From Octopus sinensis (lineage: Eukaryota): a stretch of 64,000 nucleotides of DNA. The translations under genes and the position numbers were made by a program. Position 1 is the stretch's first letter, and each line of letters begins with the position of its first letter. A model generated the notes under the pieces. The model worked only from the letters and a program-made list of their open reading frames with translations, made no database searches and was not told where the DNA came from. This document shows, in pieces, positions 27,998-40,827 of the stretch. The stretch lies in assembly GCF_006345805.1 (NCBI RefSeq), contig NC_042997.1:161262001-161326000 (forward strand), read 5' to 3'.

Positions 27998-29690
27998 AAA
28001 TTCAATCTTTTGTCAAATCTTTCCATCCTGCCCTCCACTTCTCCTGCACTATTTCCGACACCCCAGTCGCTTTTCTCAACATTTCGGTCAGCATTCATCA
28101 CTCCACTCTCACCACCTCCATCCACTACAAACACACAGACTCACATTCATACCTTAAATTCTCTTCCTCCCACCCTAAACACACCAAGCTCTCCATCCTC
28201 TATTCCTAATTCCTACGTTCACACCGGCTCTGCAGTGACAACCATGGCTTTAACAATCAGTCTCAACTCATGGCTCGCCACTTTATCCTACGTGGATATC
28301 CCCTCACCACTATCTACACCGCTCTTGCCAGAGCACGTTCCGTGGACCGTGCATCTGCTCTCTCCCCGCAGCCGCCCCGCCGTCACCCGTCACCCGTTTC
28401 CCCTCACCTACCACCCCACCAACCTACCTCTCCAATGCACCATTCTCCGAGTCTCCCGGTGACTCCAGTCCGACCCCTCCACATTGCATATCTTCCCTAA
28501 CCGACCCGTCCCCTACTTCAAACGGGCCCACAACCTACGAGACCACTAGGTAACAGCTTGTTCTCTAGCCCGTCCTCCCAACCCGGCTCGTTCCTCTGCT
28601 CCCTCCCACCCTGCCGAGCTTGCTCTTACCTCTCCAACACCACCCTCCTCACAAGCACCCATCATCGGCCCTATCATATCACTGACTCGTTCACCTGCAC
28701 TTCTAGCAACGTCATCTACTGCATCTCCTGTCTCTCTGTCCTTCTCTATACATCTCTGTCCTTCTCTATACATCGGGCAAACGGAACGCCGCTTGGCTGA
28801 CCGGTTCATGGAAAACCTCCGAGACATCCGACTCGGCAACGACACCCCGGTGTCGCGCCATTTCCGCTCTACCGGACACTCTTTACAACACTTGTCTGTG
28901 TTCGGATTGTCCTTGCACAGGGGCCATCCAGACTCCCGTCTTCGCCGTGAGCAGGGATTAATCTTCTCTCTTCGCTCCTCTCCGCCACATGGGCTCAATT
29001 CTCCTCCCTCTTCATCTAACCCTCCTCCTGTCTCCGCCCTTCCTCTCACACCTACTTCCTCCCACCGACCTCTCCTCTCTTGCTCTAGCACCTGCTTCCT
29101 CTCTTCACACCTACCCACCTTCTTCCTTCCACTCTCCTTCTTACCCCACCCCTACACGTTCCAACCCCACCATCCCTATATATCCTATTACACCCCCAGC
29201 CCATCCTTTAGACCCCCACCCTTGCTTCCCCCAATCTCGCCTCCCCCACACCCCAACACTACCACACCACACCACACACCACACCACATCACACCACCCC
29301 GCACACACTAGCACTGACCACTTCCCAACACCTACACTCTCATTCACACAGCTACACATGCACACATGCACATACGCACATGTCAATGTCACCAGCCCCT
29401 TCCACACGCACATACACACTCTCACATACACACGCACCCGCACATTCGCTTTGGGATCCACACTACTTTATCATCTCCCCTTCTTCCTAGCTCTCCTGTG
29501 TAACTCTTCTGTCCGACATTCGCCATGATAGATCGCTAGCCACTAAATATTTTTCTATTTTCTCTCCCTATTTATTTCGGTGTTCCCTACTGTCGAGCAT
29601 TAAACTAATACATCTCTTTGTTGTTTACACACACGTCTTCGTCTTTTGGGGGTTTTTTTGTAAATTTGCTGATGTGAATTATGTATATTT
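27998..29690 (+). mobile_element. 5'-truncated Penelope-like element (Neptune-type), RT thumb + C-terminal GIY-YIG endonuclease, decayed
   Basis: Frames give YKHTDSHSYLKFSSSHP, FILRGYP, FTCTSSNVIYCISC..LYIGQTERRLADRF.E.LRDI, PVSRHF and PHGLN. A 20-bp tandem duplication at ~28733-28772 breaks the GIY-YIG. The C-rich 3' region ends at (TA)n. Confidence 0.85.
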
Positions 29691-29692
29691 TT

Positions 29693-29734
<42 letters not shown>

Positions 29735-30179
29735 AAACGCTCCCCGTGCAATGGACGGTGCTGAGTTGTCAAACATTTAAACCAAATTTTCTCAAAACAA
29801 CTTGTCCAACCGTCCCATAGGCCTCCCCTTTGAGAAACACTGATTTAACCTAAATTTGAGACACCAGAAAAAGAAGAAATAAAGATAGACTTTTTTCTAT
29901 TCCAAAAAAAAACGATTTTATTCACACAAATATGCAACCGAAGAGTTTAAAGTACCAGTAAGGATAAGGCTGTTGACTGGGAGAACACAAACATGGTTTA
30001 AACAGTAAACTTGGCAGGAAAGAAACGTGGCTTTAAGCAGTACAAAAACAACAAAAAAAGGGAAAGTGCCCTTATCTGCAGCTTGACGGAAGAAAAGCAG
30101 GACAAAAACGATGCATGCAAATGGGTTAGCTGGAGGTTTTCTTGTATTATATACATAATTCACATCAGCAAATTTCACT

Positions 30180-30380
30180 TGCATCTCATCTTCTTGTTCA
30201 ATTTTGTCATTATGTGTATCTGGTGCATTTACCTTTCGACCAGACAAAATATCCTGTAAGCGTGAGTTTAAGAGGCTACGTTCTACAGTCTGTCCACGAG
30301 GAACAATTCCACAGCATTCAAAAGCACGCTGTATAGTTTCTTTATTTAAAGTGGCAACAGCTTGGGTCACATAGGCCACA
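30180..30380 (-). mobile_element. pogo/Tigger-like transposase C-terminal fragment
   Basis: AVATLNKETIQRAFECCGI resembles the ETIxxxFxxCGI motif that ends pogo-type DDE domains. Confidence 0.45.
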
Positions 30381-31714
30381 TGTGTGTGTGTGCGTGTGTG
30401 TGTGTGTGTGTATGTATTTATGTATGTATGTATGTATGTATGTATGTATGTATGTATGAATGTATGTATGTATGTATGTGTGAAAAAATTAAATTTTCCA
30501 TTATCAAAAACGTTTAGAGAACTTTAATATGCATATATTAAATTAGAACCTACTTAGAAACATATTACTATAGTTGGTGTACATTTTTCTTCGGCTCTGT
30601 TACATGATAGAAAGAAACATTTCACTCACCAACCAAAATTTTAACAAGTGGGAAGGTGAATGCTTTCTCTGTATATGTAGTGATTATTTTGCAGCACTTA
30701 GTCTTACTAAATATGTAGCCAAGTAATTGACTTTGATTTTGATGATATATATCCAACAATTCATTTGTCTTTACATTCTGAGTTCAAATTCCGCCAAGGT
30801 TGACTTTGCCTTTCATCATTTTAGGATCGATAAATTAAGTACCAGATGCGTGCAATTGATTTTGTTTGCTATGTCTCGAAATGTGCCCAGTTAACCTCCA
30901 AATAACTTGCAAAAGAACCAAAATACATAAATCCAGGAAACAAACAATTTTTTTCAAAACATCTTGCTTAGCAAACATTTATTTTTAAATCTTTCTAACT
31001 TAATTAGTTTCCGAATAGCAAAAGCAGATTCGTAATCAATCAAAGAAATGGAGCATAAACAATGGTGGTGATTGCATGTGTTTGGCTCAGAAAATGACGT
31101 TATTAGTGCAGTTAATCACAATTTAAAAGAACAAATTTTAAATTACATTAATAAAATAACTGCTAACTGCATTAAAAATATCATAACAAATAATACTAGA
31201 ATAATATAACTATAAGCTTATATGTGCATAAGTGCACATTCTAAAAGAAGATTGACAAAAGATACCTTATCAGTACCTTTTTAAAATTATGTTCTCCTTT
31301 CAAATATACATACTCTTTTAAATATCGTTCCAGACATTTTGAGTGTGCTTTATTTGTACCAAAGAATCAGTATCCAGATCTTGGTGCAGTTCTGAAAGAA
31401 TTTTAATTGAATATCATATCAGATATTTGATCATTTTAAAGTAATTTAATGTATTAATAATTATTTTATGAATTCCCTGAGTTACGTGTTATAAAGGAAA
31501 TATAATTAAGTAATAATAATTTTCGTTGACAATGATGCCTCTTATTTTGTTTTTGCAATATAAAACTATTGGCTATTATTTATACAGATTGACACAGAAA
31601 ATATATTTTCTACTGAAAAATCATAAAAATTTAATCAAAATACAAATGCTACAATAGTTTATCTATTTTACGTTTCTTTCTTTCATATCTAAGAACAACG
31701 GATGAAGTTGGGGT

Positions 31715-31752
<38 letters not shown>

Positions 31753-33135
31753 TAATGTCTACTAGGAAACCGTGTGAGAGAAGGGAATTCCAATAAATTG
31801 CTGCTTTAACAAAGCGACATAGAAAGAGAACTGAGTGAAGTGCTTCAAGTGGTATATTGGTGATGATACGTAGTGAAGGAGACGAGAAGTGAAAGGGTCG
31901 GTGGTCTTGGATGAAGAAGGTATGAAGCTATTTAGTTGTGAACAACAGACGCCCTTTTAATAGCAATAGCAGGTGAAAAGGAACAAATCTGCACGTCTGT
32001 GAGTAGCTGAAGATAAAATACGTATTATCTTTACAACAAATGAATGAAAATGTCTGGATAAAGTTTTCTTTCCATCATAGATAAAAATACTTCGAAATTC
32101 TGACCTTTGTAGATTCACAGACAACAGTTGCAAGAAAATTCCATCATTATTATATTCTAATTATTTTTCTTACTGCCGTACACAAACTAAACTGCATTGT
32201 TACAAAGATCAAGTTCCTTTCACATGCATTTCAATGAATCTGCTTATCTTCAGGCTTCAATTCAATCAGCAACGTCCATATCCTATCTTTTCAGTACTGT
32301 ACCATTATATTCAAGTCTTTGATGACACTAATTATACATAGATTAATTTTATTTAGGCTAGATCAATACTGTAGTTTGTTTTTATGCCGTATTACTGAAA
32401 TACTTCCAAATGCTGAGTTTCTGACAGAATGTGGCAAATTTAATTCTTAAAATACATCTGTTATAAAGTAGTCGAAGGAAATGGACGAATGGCTATAATC
32501 TTTATGTAACCATCATATGTTGATAAGATCAATGCAGTCGATGTTTCAGTTATTTTTTGTTGTAATTATGTAGTTTGCAGTTTCAAGGATTATGAATAAT
32601 GATTTGTGAATGTTTGAAAGTGAAGCACAATTGTGGATGAGAGAAAATGAAGGTTACATTATAGCAGCAGTAGTTAGGACACAGAAAAAACCGGATGGTT
32701 GAGTGCTAGAAGTTGTAATGTGCTAATTAAGTGAAAGGGTACCATTAGAACTGGCTGTGGATTGATTATATTCCTGATATCTGCACCAGATACTGAGCTA
32801 AAGTACTTGTTAACTCTGATATGTAAACGCAACATTTAACTATATTATATATTTGAGATCACCATAGTAGATCAACAGAGTTTAGGTACTTCGAGGAACT
32901 TAGATCTTTGTTTCATTGACAACTAACATGTTAAATATGCTGATTACATTTGCTTTAGATAGTTAGCACTTCTCACTTGCAATATTTCACTCGCATTCCA
33001 TCTGTTAAATCCAGCAACAGTTTCGATTGTTTCCTTGATGTTTGGGGTTTTTCTTTCTTTTTATCATGAATGTGGTTTCGTAAAATATACAACTCCGATT
33101 TTTGCAATAATGATGATGATAATAATAATAATAAT

Positions 33136-33187
<52 letters not shown>

Positions 33188-33189
33188 CA

Positions 33190-33221
<32 letters not shown>

Positions 33222-33224
<3 letters not shown>

Positions 33225-33527
33225 CTCTAGGAATGATAAAAAAAAAAGGTACTGAAACCTATTTGAAAATGATTCCAGGCTTACCATCCCTACAGGAAGT
33301 GCAAAAAATCGTATTTACTGGAACGGCTCATGTACTGAGAAGAGCATTATCGCTGTGAAAACAACACCCATCCATGAATTTATTTATTTATTAATTTTTA
33401 AATACATATTTTATCTGTGAATTTGCGTGTGTAATCCGGAAATGCATACAATGAGCTTCTCTGCCCTAGGTGTATGGAAAACACTCGGCGAGAAACGGAA
33501 GAAAATTTGAAGAAAGAAGGAAAAAAC

Positions 33528-33530
<3 letters not shown>
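33222..33530 (+). mobile_element. 3' terminal fragment of an R4/Dong LINE inside an (AAT)n array
   Basis: IPGLPSLQEVQKIVFTGTAHVLKRALSL* is a typical R4 C-terminus; 3' UTR followed by (AAT)n. Confidence 0.7.
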
Positions 33531-33569
<39 letters not shown>

Positions 33570-33571
<2 letters not shown>

Positions 33572-34671
33572 GCCGTAACTGAAGACAGCCACAGAAAGAA
33601 GAAAGGCCTCAGTATGGCCTGGATTGACTACAAAAAGGCGTTTGATAGCATCCCCCACACATGGATCCTCGAAACACTAGCCATTAACAAAGTAGCACCA
33701 ACAATCATAAAATTCATAGAGCACTCTATGAATAAATGGCAAACAGTCCTACACCTCCAAACAAAAGAGGGACTCATGAAAACCAAAGACATCCCCATTA
33801 GAAGAGGAATATTCCAGGGAGACACGCTCTCTCCATTCCTTTTCTGCTTGGCACTGTCACCTCTATCTGATATGCTAAATAGAACTGGATGCGGATATAA
33901 ATGTTACGGCAAAACGATCAGCCATCTTTTATATATGGATGACCTAAAACTATACGCTGCAAATGACAAACAGCTGGAAACACTATTAAAGACAGTTCAT
34001 GGATTTACCAAAGAAATAGATATGAAATTTGGATTAGAAAAATGCGCCAAAGTAACCATGAAAAGAGGAAAACTAGTTAAGAGTAACAACATCACACTAG
34101 ATAAAACCAATGAAATAAAAGAATTAGACCAAAGCCAAACTTACAAATACTTAGGAATCCATGAACTAGATAAGACACAACACACACAAATGAAAGAGAA
34201 AATAAAAAAAGAATATTATAGACGAGTTAGATCAATACTAAAAACAGAGCTCAATGCTAAAAACAAGATAATAGGTATCAACACTTTAGCTGTCCCAGTT
34301 ATAAGTTACAGCTACAATATCCTTAACTGGACACTAAATGAACTGACCAAAATAGATAGGAAAACAAGAAAAATAATGACAGGATCTAGGATGCATCACG
34401 CAAAACCTGACATAGAAAGACTATATATACAACGTATAGAAGGTGGTAGAGGCCTTATACAGCTGGAAAACTACTATAAAATAACCACCATAGGACTGCA
34501 AAAATACCTACTTCAGAAGTAGGTAACAAAAACACCAGGACTTACAAACACATATAACATACAGAAAATTGCACTACTAGGCACTGCACACATCCTACGC
34601 AGAACACTTTCCATAGGCACACAGAGCTGCGCTCGGTAGTGAAGTGAAAGCACGCTATAAAAATAAAACTA

Positions 34672-34675
<4 letters not shown>
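33570..34675 (+). mobile_element. Young 5'-truncated, internally deleted R4/Dong LINE (open RT frame)
   Basis: About 317 uninterrupted codons with AWIDYKKAFDSIPH, GIFQGDTLSP and LLYMDDLKLYA. The frame jumps at ~34520 to the C-terminus IQKIALLGTAHILRRTLS. (AAT)n lies on both sides. Confidence 0.9.
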
Positions 34676-34742
<67 letters not shown>

Positions 34743-34743
<1 letters not shown>

Positions 34744-35087
34744 TTCAACTAAACGCATAAGACCTGAAATTTTGGGGGAGGGGACGAGTTAATTACATTT
34801 ACCCCAGCGTTTCACTGGCATTAAATTATCGACCACAAAAGAATGAGAGGCAAAGTCGGCCTCGGCGGAATATGAACTCAGAGCGTAACGACTGGCGAAA
34901 TAATGCTAAGCATTTCGTCCAACGCGCAAAGGATTCTGCCAACTTGCCACCTAACTAGGACCCAACTACAAGGTCATGCGCTGTTTATCTTGATATAAGA
35001 ACACTATGTTCCGCACATATGTTTGTGATGCATGTACTTTGTGTACCCATATTAAACGGATAATCCTCATGGGTAAACTGGGCTTCG

Positions 35088-35141
<54 letters not shown>

Positions 35142-35518
35142 TAATAATAATAATAATATAATAATAATAATAATTTCAACTAAACGCATAAGACCTGAAA
35201 TTTTGGGGGAGGGGACGAGTTAATTACATTTACCCCAGCGTTTCACTGGCATTAAATTATCGACCACAAAAGAATGAGAGGCAAAGTCGGCCTCGGCGGA
35301 ATATGAACTCAGAGCGTAACGACTGGCGAAATAATGCTAAGCATTTCGTCCAACGCGCAAAGGATTCTGCCAACTTGCCACCTAACTAGGACCCAACTAC
35401 AAGGTCATGCGCTGTTTATCTTGATATAAGAACACTATGTTCCGCACATATGTTTGTGATGCATGTACTTTGTGTACCCATATTAAACGGATAATCCTCA
35501 TGGGTAAACTGGGCTTCG

Positions 35519-35521
<3 letters not shown>
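34743..35521. repeat. Tandem duplication of a 348-bp block (period 431) separated by (AAT)n; each copy contains a - strand SINE A
   Basis: 34743-35090 and 35174-35521 appear identical by eye. Confidence 0.9.
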
Positions 35522-35599
<78 letters not shown>

Positions 35600-35624
35600 T
35601 CAATAATAATAATAATAACAATAA

Positions 35625-35795
35625 TAATACAAATTCCAGAATTAGACGTACTAGAAATAAGCACACAAAAAGCTAAGCGTATGAAAACCTGTGCTAAAAC
35701 TGCTGCCTTAGATATTCTTACTGATAAATGGCAAGAAAAACCTCTCAATGACAAATACCCAAAGAGAGCTAATAGTGCCGATGTTGACAAAGTAA
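35625..35795 (+). mobile_element. Internal R4/Dong fragment following (AAT)n
   Basis: DKWQEKPLNDKYPKRANSADVDK resembles the KWxxKPLHGxY segment downstream of the R4 RT. Confidence 0.55.
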
Positions 35796-36830
35796 GAATA
35801 GAGCATGTAAAGCAAGAAAACTCTTCAACACAAGGTTCAAAATGCTGCTCATCCGAAAACATTAGTTGTGGTTCAATAGAAAGCGTAATTAAACTGTGCA
35901 CAACATCATTTCCATCGTAGCCTCACAGAAAAGTAAACATAGAATACCCATCAAAATACGATAATCAAAACAAGATAATCGTTGTACACCAAATGCTATT
36001 ATACCAAAACGTTCAGTATATTACTGTTATATCTACTGCTTTTTACCCGCAATCTCATTTCTAACAGTGAAGTTACTTTTAAAAGCAGGTTGATTCATGT
36101 GTAATATCTTCTCTAATTTTCCTTTTAGCGTAGCTTTGGCACATTTTCTAATACCATACTGATTTTGATATTGCAACTGAATTCATGTACAGTTTTGATA
36201 AGGTTCTCCTGCTTGGCTTTATCGTTTATAAATAGTTTTTAATTATCCGTATAAACGAATAGTTTGTCCATAGTATTTGTAACCATTAGTAGCTTTATTG
36301 ATGAAATTTGTTCATGTAAACTGAGCTAGAAAAAAAAAGAGAATAGAATGGACATTGAAACTTTTCACTTCTTACGGAGATATGGCTATTTTTGTTTACC
36401 GTCTTCTTGTAGTTACAAAGTTTCCATTTTGGACTGATTTGTTTGTATTTAATGCTTCTAATATCTAGTATCAAATTATGTTTGGTAATATATCTGCCGC
36501 AGTCTCATTTATTTTTTTACTTTTTTTTTTTTTTGCTATTTTTGATATCTGCTCAGTTGACCAATAGTTCTTTACAGTAATACATTCTTTTCCGATCTGA
36601 TGTTAACCAATAATATTAAAATTAAAACTACAATTTAGGACTGTTATAACCACTTTTTTGCCTATTATCTTATTTCTAGCATCCAAGTCGGTTTTTAATG
36701 TTAAACTTATTCTTGTATAATATTTTTCTAGCTCATTTTTGTGTTAAATGGTATCATTTTCCGAAGGAGTAGCCAGCCTGTTAGTGGGTATATATATATA
36801 TATATATATATATATCTATATAATAGCCCG

Positions 36831-37284
36831 CTGGTTAGGGCAGCGGACACGCGGTTTCGATTCCCAGACCAGGCATTGAGTGTTTATTGAGCGAAAACAC
36901 CTAAAGCTCCACGAGGCTCCGGCAGGGGTAGTGGTGAACCCTACAGTGCTCTTTCACCACAACTTTCTCTTACCGTTTCTTCCTGTTTCTGTTGTACCTG
37001 TATTTCAAAGGATCAACCTTGTCACATTCTGTGTCACGCTGAATCTCCCTGAGAACTACGTTAAGGGTACACGTGTCTGTGGAGTGCTCAGTCACTTGCA
37101 CGTAAATAAATGGGCTGCGACGTCACTGGTGCCAAGCTATATCGGCACTTGCCTTTCCCTTGGATAACATCGGTGCCGTGGAGAGGGGAGGCTGGTATGC
37201 ATGGGCGACTGTTGGTCTTGGACTTGTGCCTCGGAGGGTTACTTTCTAAGTGCAATCCCATGGTCATTCATGACCGAAGGAGTC
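36831..37284 (+). mobile_element. Composite SINE: family D head joined to a family C 3' half
   Basis: 36831-36960 matches the reverse complement of 14590-14728; 37110-37284 matches 14215-14405. Confidence 0.7.
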
Positions 37285-37287
37285 ACA

Positions 37288-37343
<56 letters not shown>

Positions 37344-37345
<2 letters not shown>

Positions 37346-38554
37346 CACCGATGGGGGCGTATCATGGGGTGGAGTTATGTATGCTTATAGGATCTTAAAT
37401 TTTACAGAACCTGCATCTGGAATTCCCTTTCATGGATGCAAGATTATACTGAAATTACGGGCTTATAGTCACCCGTAATATGAACGATAATGAGTTAGTT
37501 AGACTTAGGAAGAATCTTATTACGCGCTTCCAAAGAATAGGCTTACGGATAATGATAAATACTAACCTAAATAATGTAGATGTTATTTTTAAATATTAAC
37601 TAAGATTTGCAATCAGATAAATTTAGACCTTCTGCAAGCCTAATGAAAAGCTATATTATATTAACAAAGAGTCAAATCATCCACCCCTAATGTGGAAAAT
37701 TTAGTTAGTAATGCAGAAAGGTGCATATTATCCATATCTTCAAACGAGTCAGCGTTTCAAAATGCTGCGCCGTATTATAATAATGCATTAAGGAACAACG
37801 GATTCTCGGAGAAAGTCCAGTTAAATCAAAGTACTACTAACAATAATAGAAGACATAGAACTAGAACTAGGAAAGTTTTGTGGGTTAATTGGGCATTTAA
37901 CATTGACGTAAAAACTAATATAGGTCGAGAATTCTTGAAACTAGTTTCTAAGCACTTTCAAGAAAACCATAAGCTCTATAGAATTTTTAACAGTAGAACG
38001 CAAAAGGTTAGCTATTCTTGTTGCAAGAGCTTCGCCTCTTTAATTAACCAACACAACAATAAAACTATTAGAAGCAACCACAGTGCCAGAAATAACCAAA
38101 AGAATTGTGACTGTAACGATAAAAATTTTCTCTATTAGGAGGAATTTGTCTTGAGAACAGAATGGTTTATAGAAATAAGATACAAATAGATGGCTCACAA
38201 GAATACAAAATACATACAGGAGCTTCGGAAAATTTCTTTAAGACTAGATTATATTCCCAGCGAAATTCATTTCGATACCCAGAAAATAGGACAACAACGA
38301 GTGTTGCTAAACATGTCTGACAATTGAAAGACAATACTCGCCCTTTCAAAATCAGCTTGACAATCTTGGAGAAAGAAGCATCATATATGCATGGAGCATA
38401 TAGACGCCCAATGAGGTGCAATTTGTGCCTGACTGAAAAGCTCTTCACCTTGTTCCAGGATAAATAGCCACTGAACCAAAGACGGGAGCTTTTAAATTCC
38501 TGCAGACACACTACGCGATATAAAATAACGAGTGGAAAAATACCATACGGATAA
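37344..38554 (+). mobile_element. Decayed Penelope-like element with C-terminal endonuclease, resembling the Hydra-type clade
   Basis: Frames give PMGAYHGVELC (cf. MGSYDGAE), Y*NYGL (decayed YRDDGL), YINKESNHPP (37657-37686), TNIGREFLKLVSKHF, KVSYSC, CDC..CLLGGICL, CNLCLTEK (38417-38440) and LNQRRELLNSCRH. Clade name is from motif recall. Confidence 0.8.
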
Positions 38555-39463
38555 TATTGGTTTTGCATTTGAATTTGGCTTTTTCACCTAAAAACAGACA
38601 TTGTTTAGTATTACATTCATTGTACATTTTTCACCTTTGTATTTTACACTTTTCGACTTTCAAGGAAACCTTCGACTGTTTACAAGCTATTATTCTATTT
38701 TATTTTATTTTATTTTATTTCATTACTATTTTTACATTATTTATATTTGATTTTATCTTCATTGTCTTATTGTAGCTGCTACTTTTAAACACACTTTTAT
38801 GAACCATATGATATTTTTTTCTACACTGCAATTTTTACGCTGCAATTTAGCCCAAAGCACATCTTTAATGTGCATCTTTAATGCACATCTTTAAAAGTTT
38901 ATTTACAATCGCCCGAAATGTTTTGTAAAGGTTTCCTTTATCTACAATCGCCCAAAATGTGTTTCAAAGATATCGAATACCCGAATGGATTTATGTTATT
39001 TTATTTTTTTAATCTCTTTATTATAATTTTTATGATTTTTCATTAATTGGTTAATTACTTTCATTGCATTTATTTCTCATTATTATTATTATCATTGCTG
39101 GTAAACCAAAGATGCTGACACAGCTTTAGTGGGCTGAGCAAAAGACTTGGAGATTTTCCCCAGTTGCTAACTTTTCTGATTTGAATCGCCGAGGACATAA
39201 TTAAATTTATATTACACTAAATTATATTACATTAAGCAACATTTTTAGCAATTATTTAATTTTATAATTGATTTTATTCAATCTACACCTCTGAGGTTAC
39301 ACTATTTTTAATACACAATACACCAGACTAACAATTTTTAAATATATTCGTATGCGTATATACATTATAGCATATATATACAATATATACACATATGTAT
39401 ATATATATATGTGTGCGTTTATACTTATTTGTATATTTGTATACGTGTATAAATGTGCGTTAC

Positions 39464-39527
<64 letters not shown>

Positions 39528-40104
39528 CTGTATGAATATGTATGTATTTATGTGTGCGTTCACATGCTTGATTTTTGGATGTATCTTTTTGCTCATTAAG
39601 AACGCTATTTTTGAATTACTTTTTCTCTCTGTCTTTCTGTTGGTTTTATTTTCTTCCACCCACCACTTCTTTTTCTTCTTCCCATCACTTCTTTTTCTAA
39701 CTTGTAACAACAAAGTTGTACTTTTAGAACATACGTACGGAGACGTATGATGTGTGTGGGTGTGTAGATAGCTATATATACATTAGTACAGATATTCATA
39801 TCTATATTTTGCCTGCATATGTTTGTATATCTGTACGTATGCATGTATCAACGTTTGTATGTTTAGTGACCATATGTATGCATATATCTTTAGTGTGTAT
39901 ATGTATAAGTGAATGTTATTTGTATGTGAATAATGTGTTTATATTTTATATAAGTGAATCTTATAAAGCAGACTTACATATATTTTACCATTAACTAATT
40001 CACTCTGGGTATATATCTTCTAACTAAAGTTATTTTTTGATTTAAGGTTTCCTTCGATTTTACATTACATGATTTTTAAAACTTTTATGTACATCATTAT
40101 GTAC

Positions 40105-40827
40105 AAATTATTTTGCCACCAGCGGTCTAGTGAGAAAAAGGAAATAGTCAGAGACTATTAATCAATTCAACAACAAATTAAGGAACGGCCATAATAGGCC
40201 GTTCAACCCACTAGAAATAACAGCCAAGGCTTCAACCGCAAAATAGTAGTAATTCCGTAAACCAGGACTATTTCCTTTTTCTCACTAGACCGCTGGTGGC
40301 AAAATAATTTCTGCTGAATTTTTTGCTATCCTATATTGATTAATTATGAATTTTCTGTTTAATTCCGAAATGGAATCGGCAGCTTATATTTGCTGCCGAT
40401 AAATTTGGCGCGAGTACGATGAGTTCGAAAATTTTAGGTCAGATATTGCCGAAGCAGTAATGTTGCTGCCTCGTGTAATTTCTCTCCCTCCTGGCTTTCT
40501 TTACTGATGAATTTGTTGGCCTATGGAAGATTGACTTGATTTAATTTAATCAGGCTGATTTACCATTAAAAAACGATGAAACAATGCATTGTCTAAAGTT
40601 GAACAGGGTAAATGTTTTTTTTTAATTTTCTCCTGGTTTACGGAATTACTACTATTTTGCGGTTGAAGCCTTGGCTGTTATTTCTAGTGGGTTGAACGGC
40701 CTATTATGGCCGTTCCTTAATTTGTTGTTGAATTGATTAATAGTCTCTGACTATTTCCTTTTTCTCACTAGACCGCTGGTGGCAAAATAATTTCTGCTGA
40801 ATTTTTTGCTACCCTATATTGATTAAT

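Noticed and set aside
33470-33569. N-terminal extension and poly-Asn of the 350-aa ORF
   Set aside because: It is the 3' UTR of a different R4 fragment plus (AAT)n that happens to be in frame with the RT.
34676-35620. CRISPR-like repeat-spacer pattern
   Set aside because: The repeats are (AAT)n microsatellites and the intervening blocks are duplicates of each other; the context is eukaryotic with no cas genes.
37450-37452. In-frame TGA as selenocysteine (known in some Naiad PLEs)
   Set aside because: It falls at the Arg of the YRDD motif (CGA to TGA, typical CpG decay), the catalytic Asp codons are also mutated, and the element has other stops and frameshifts.
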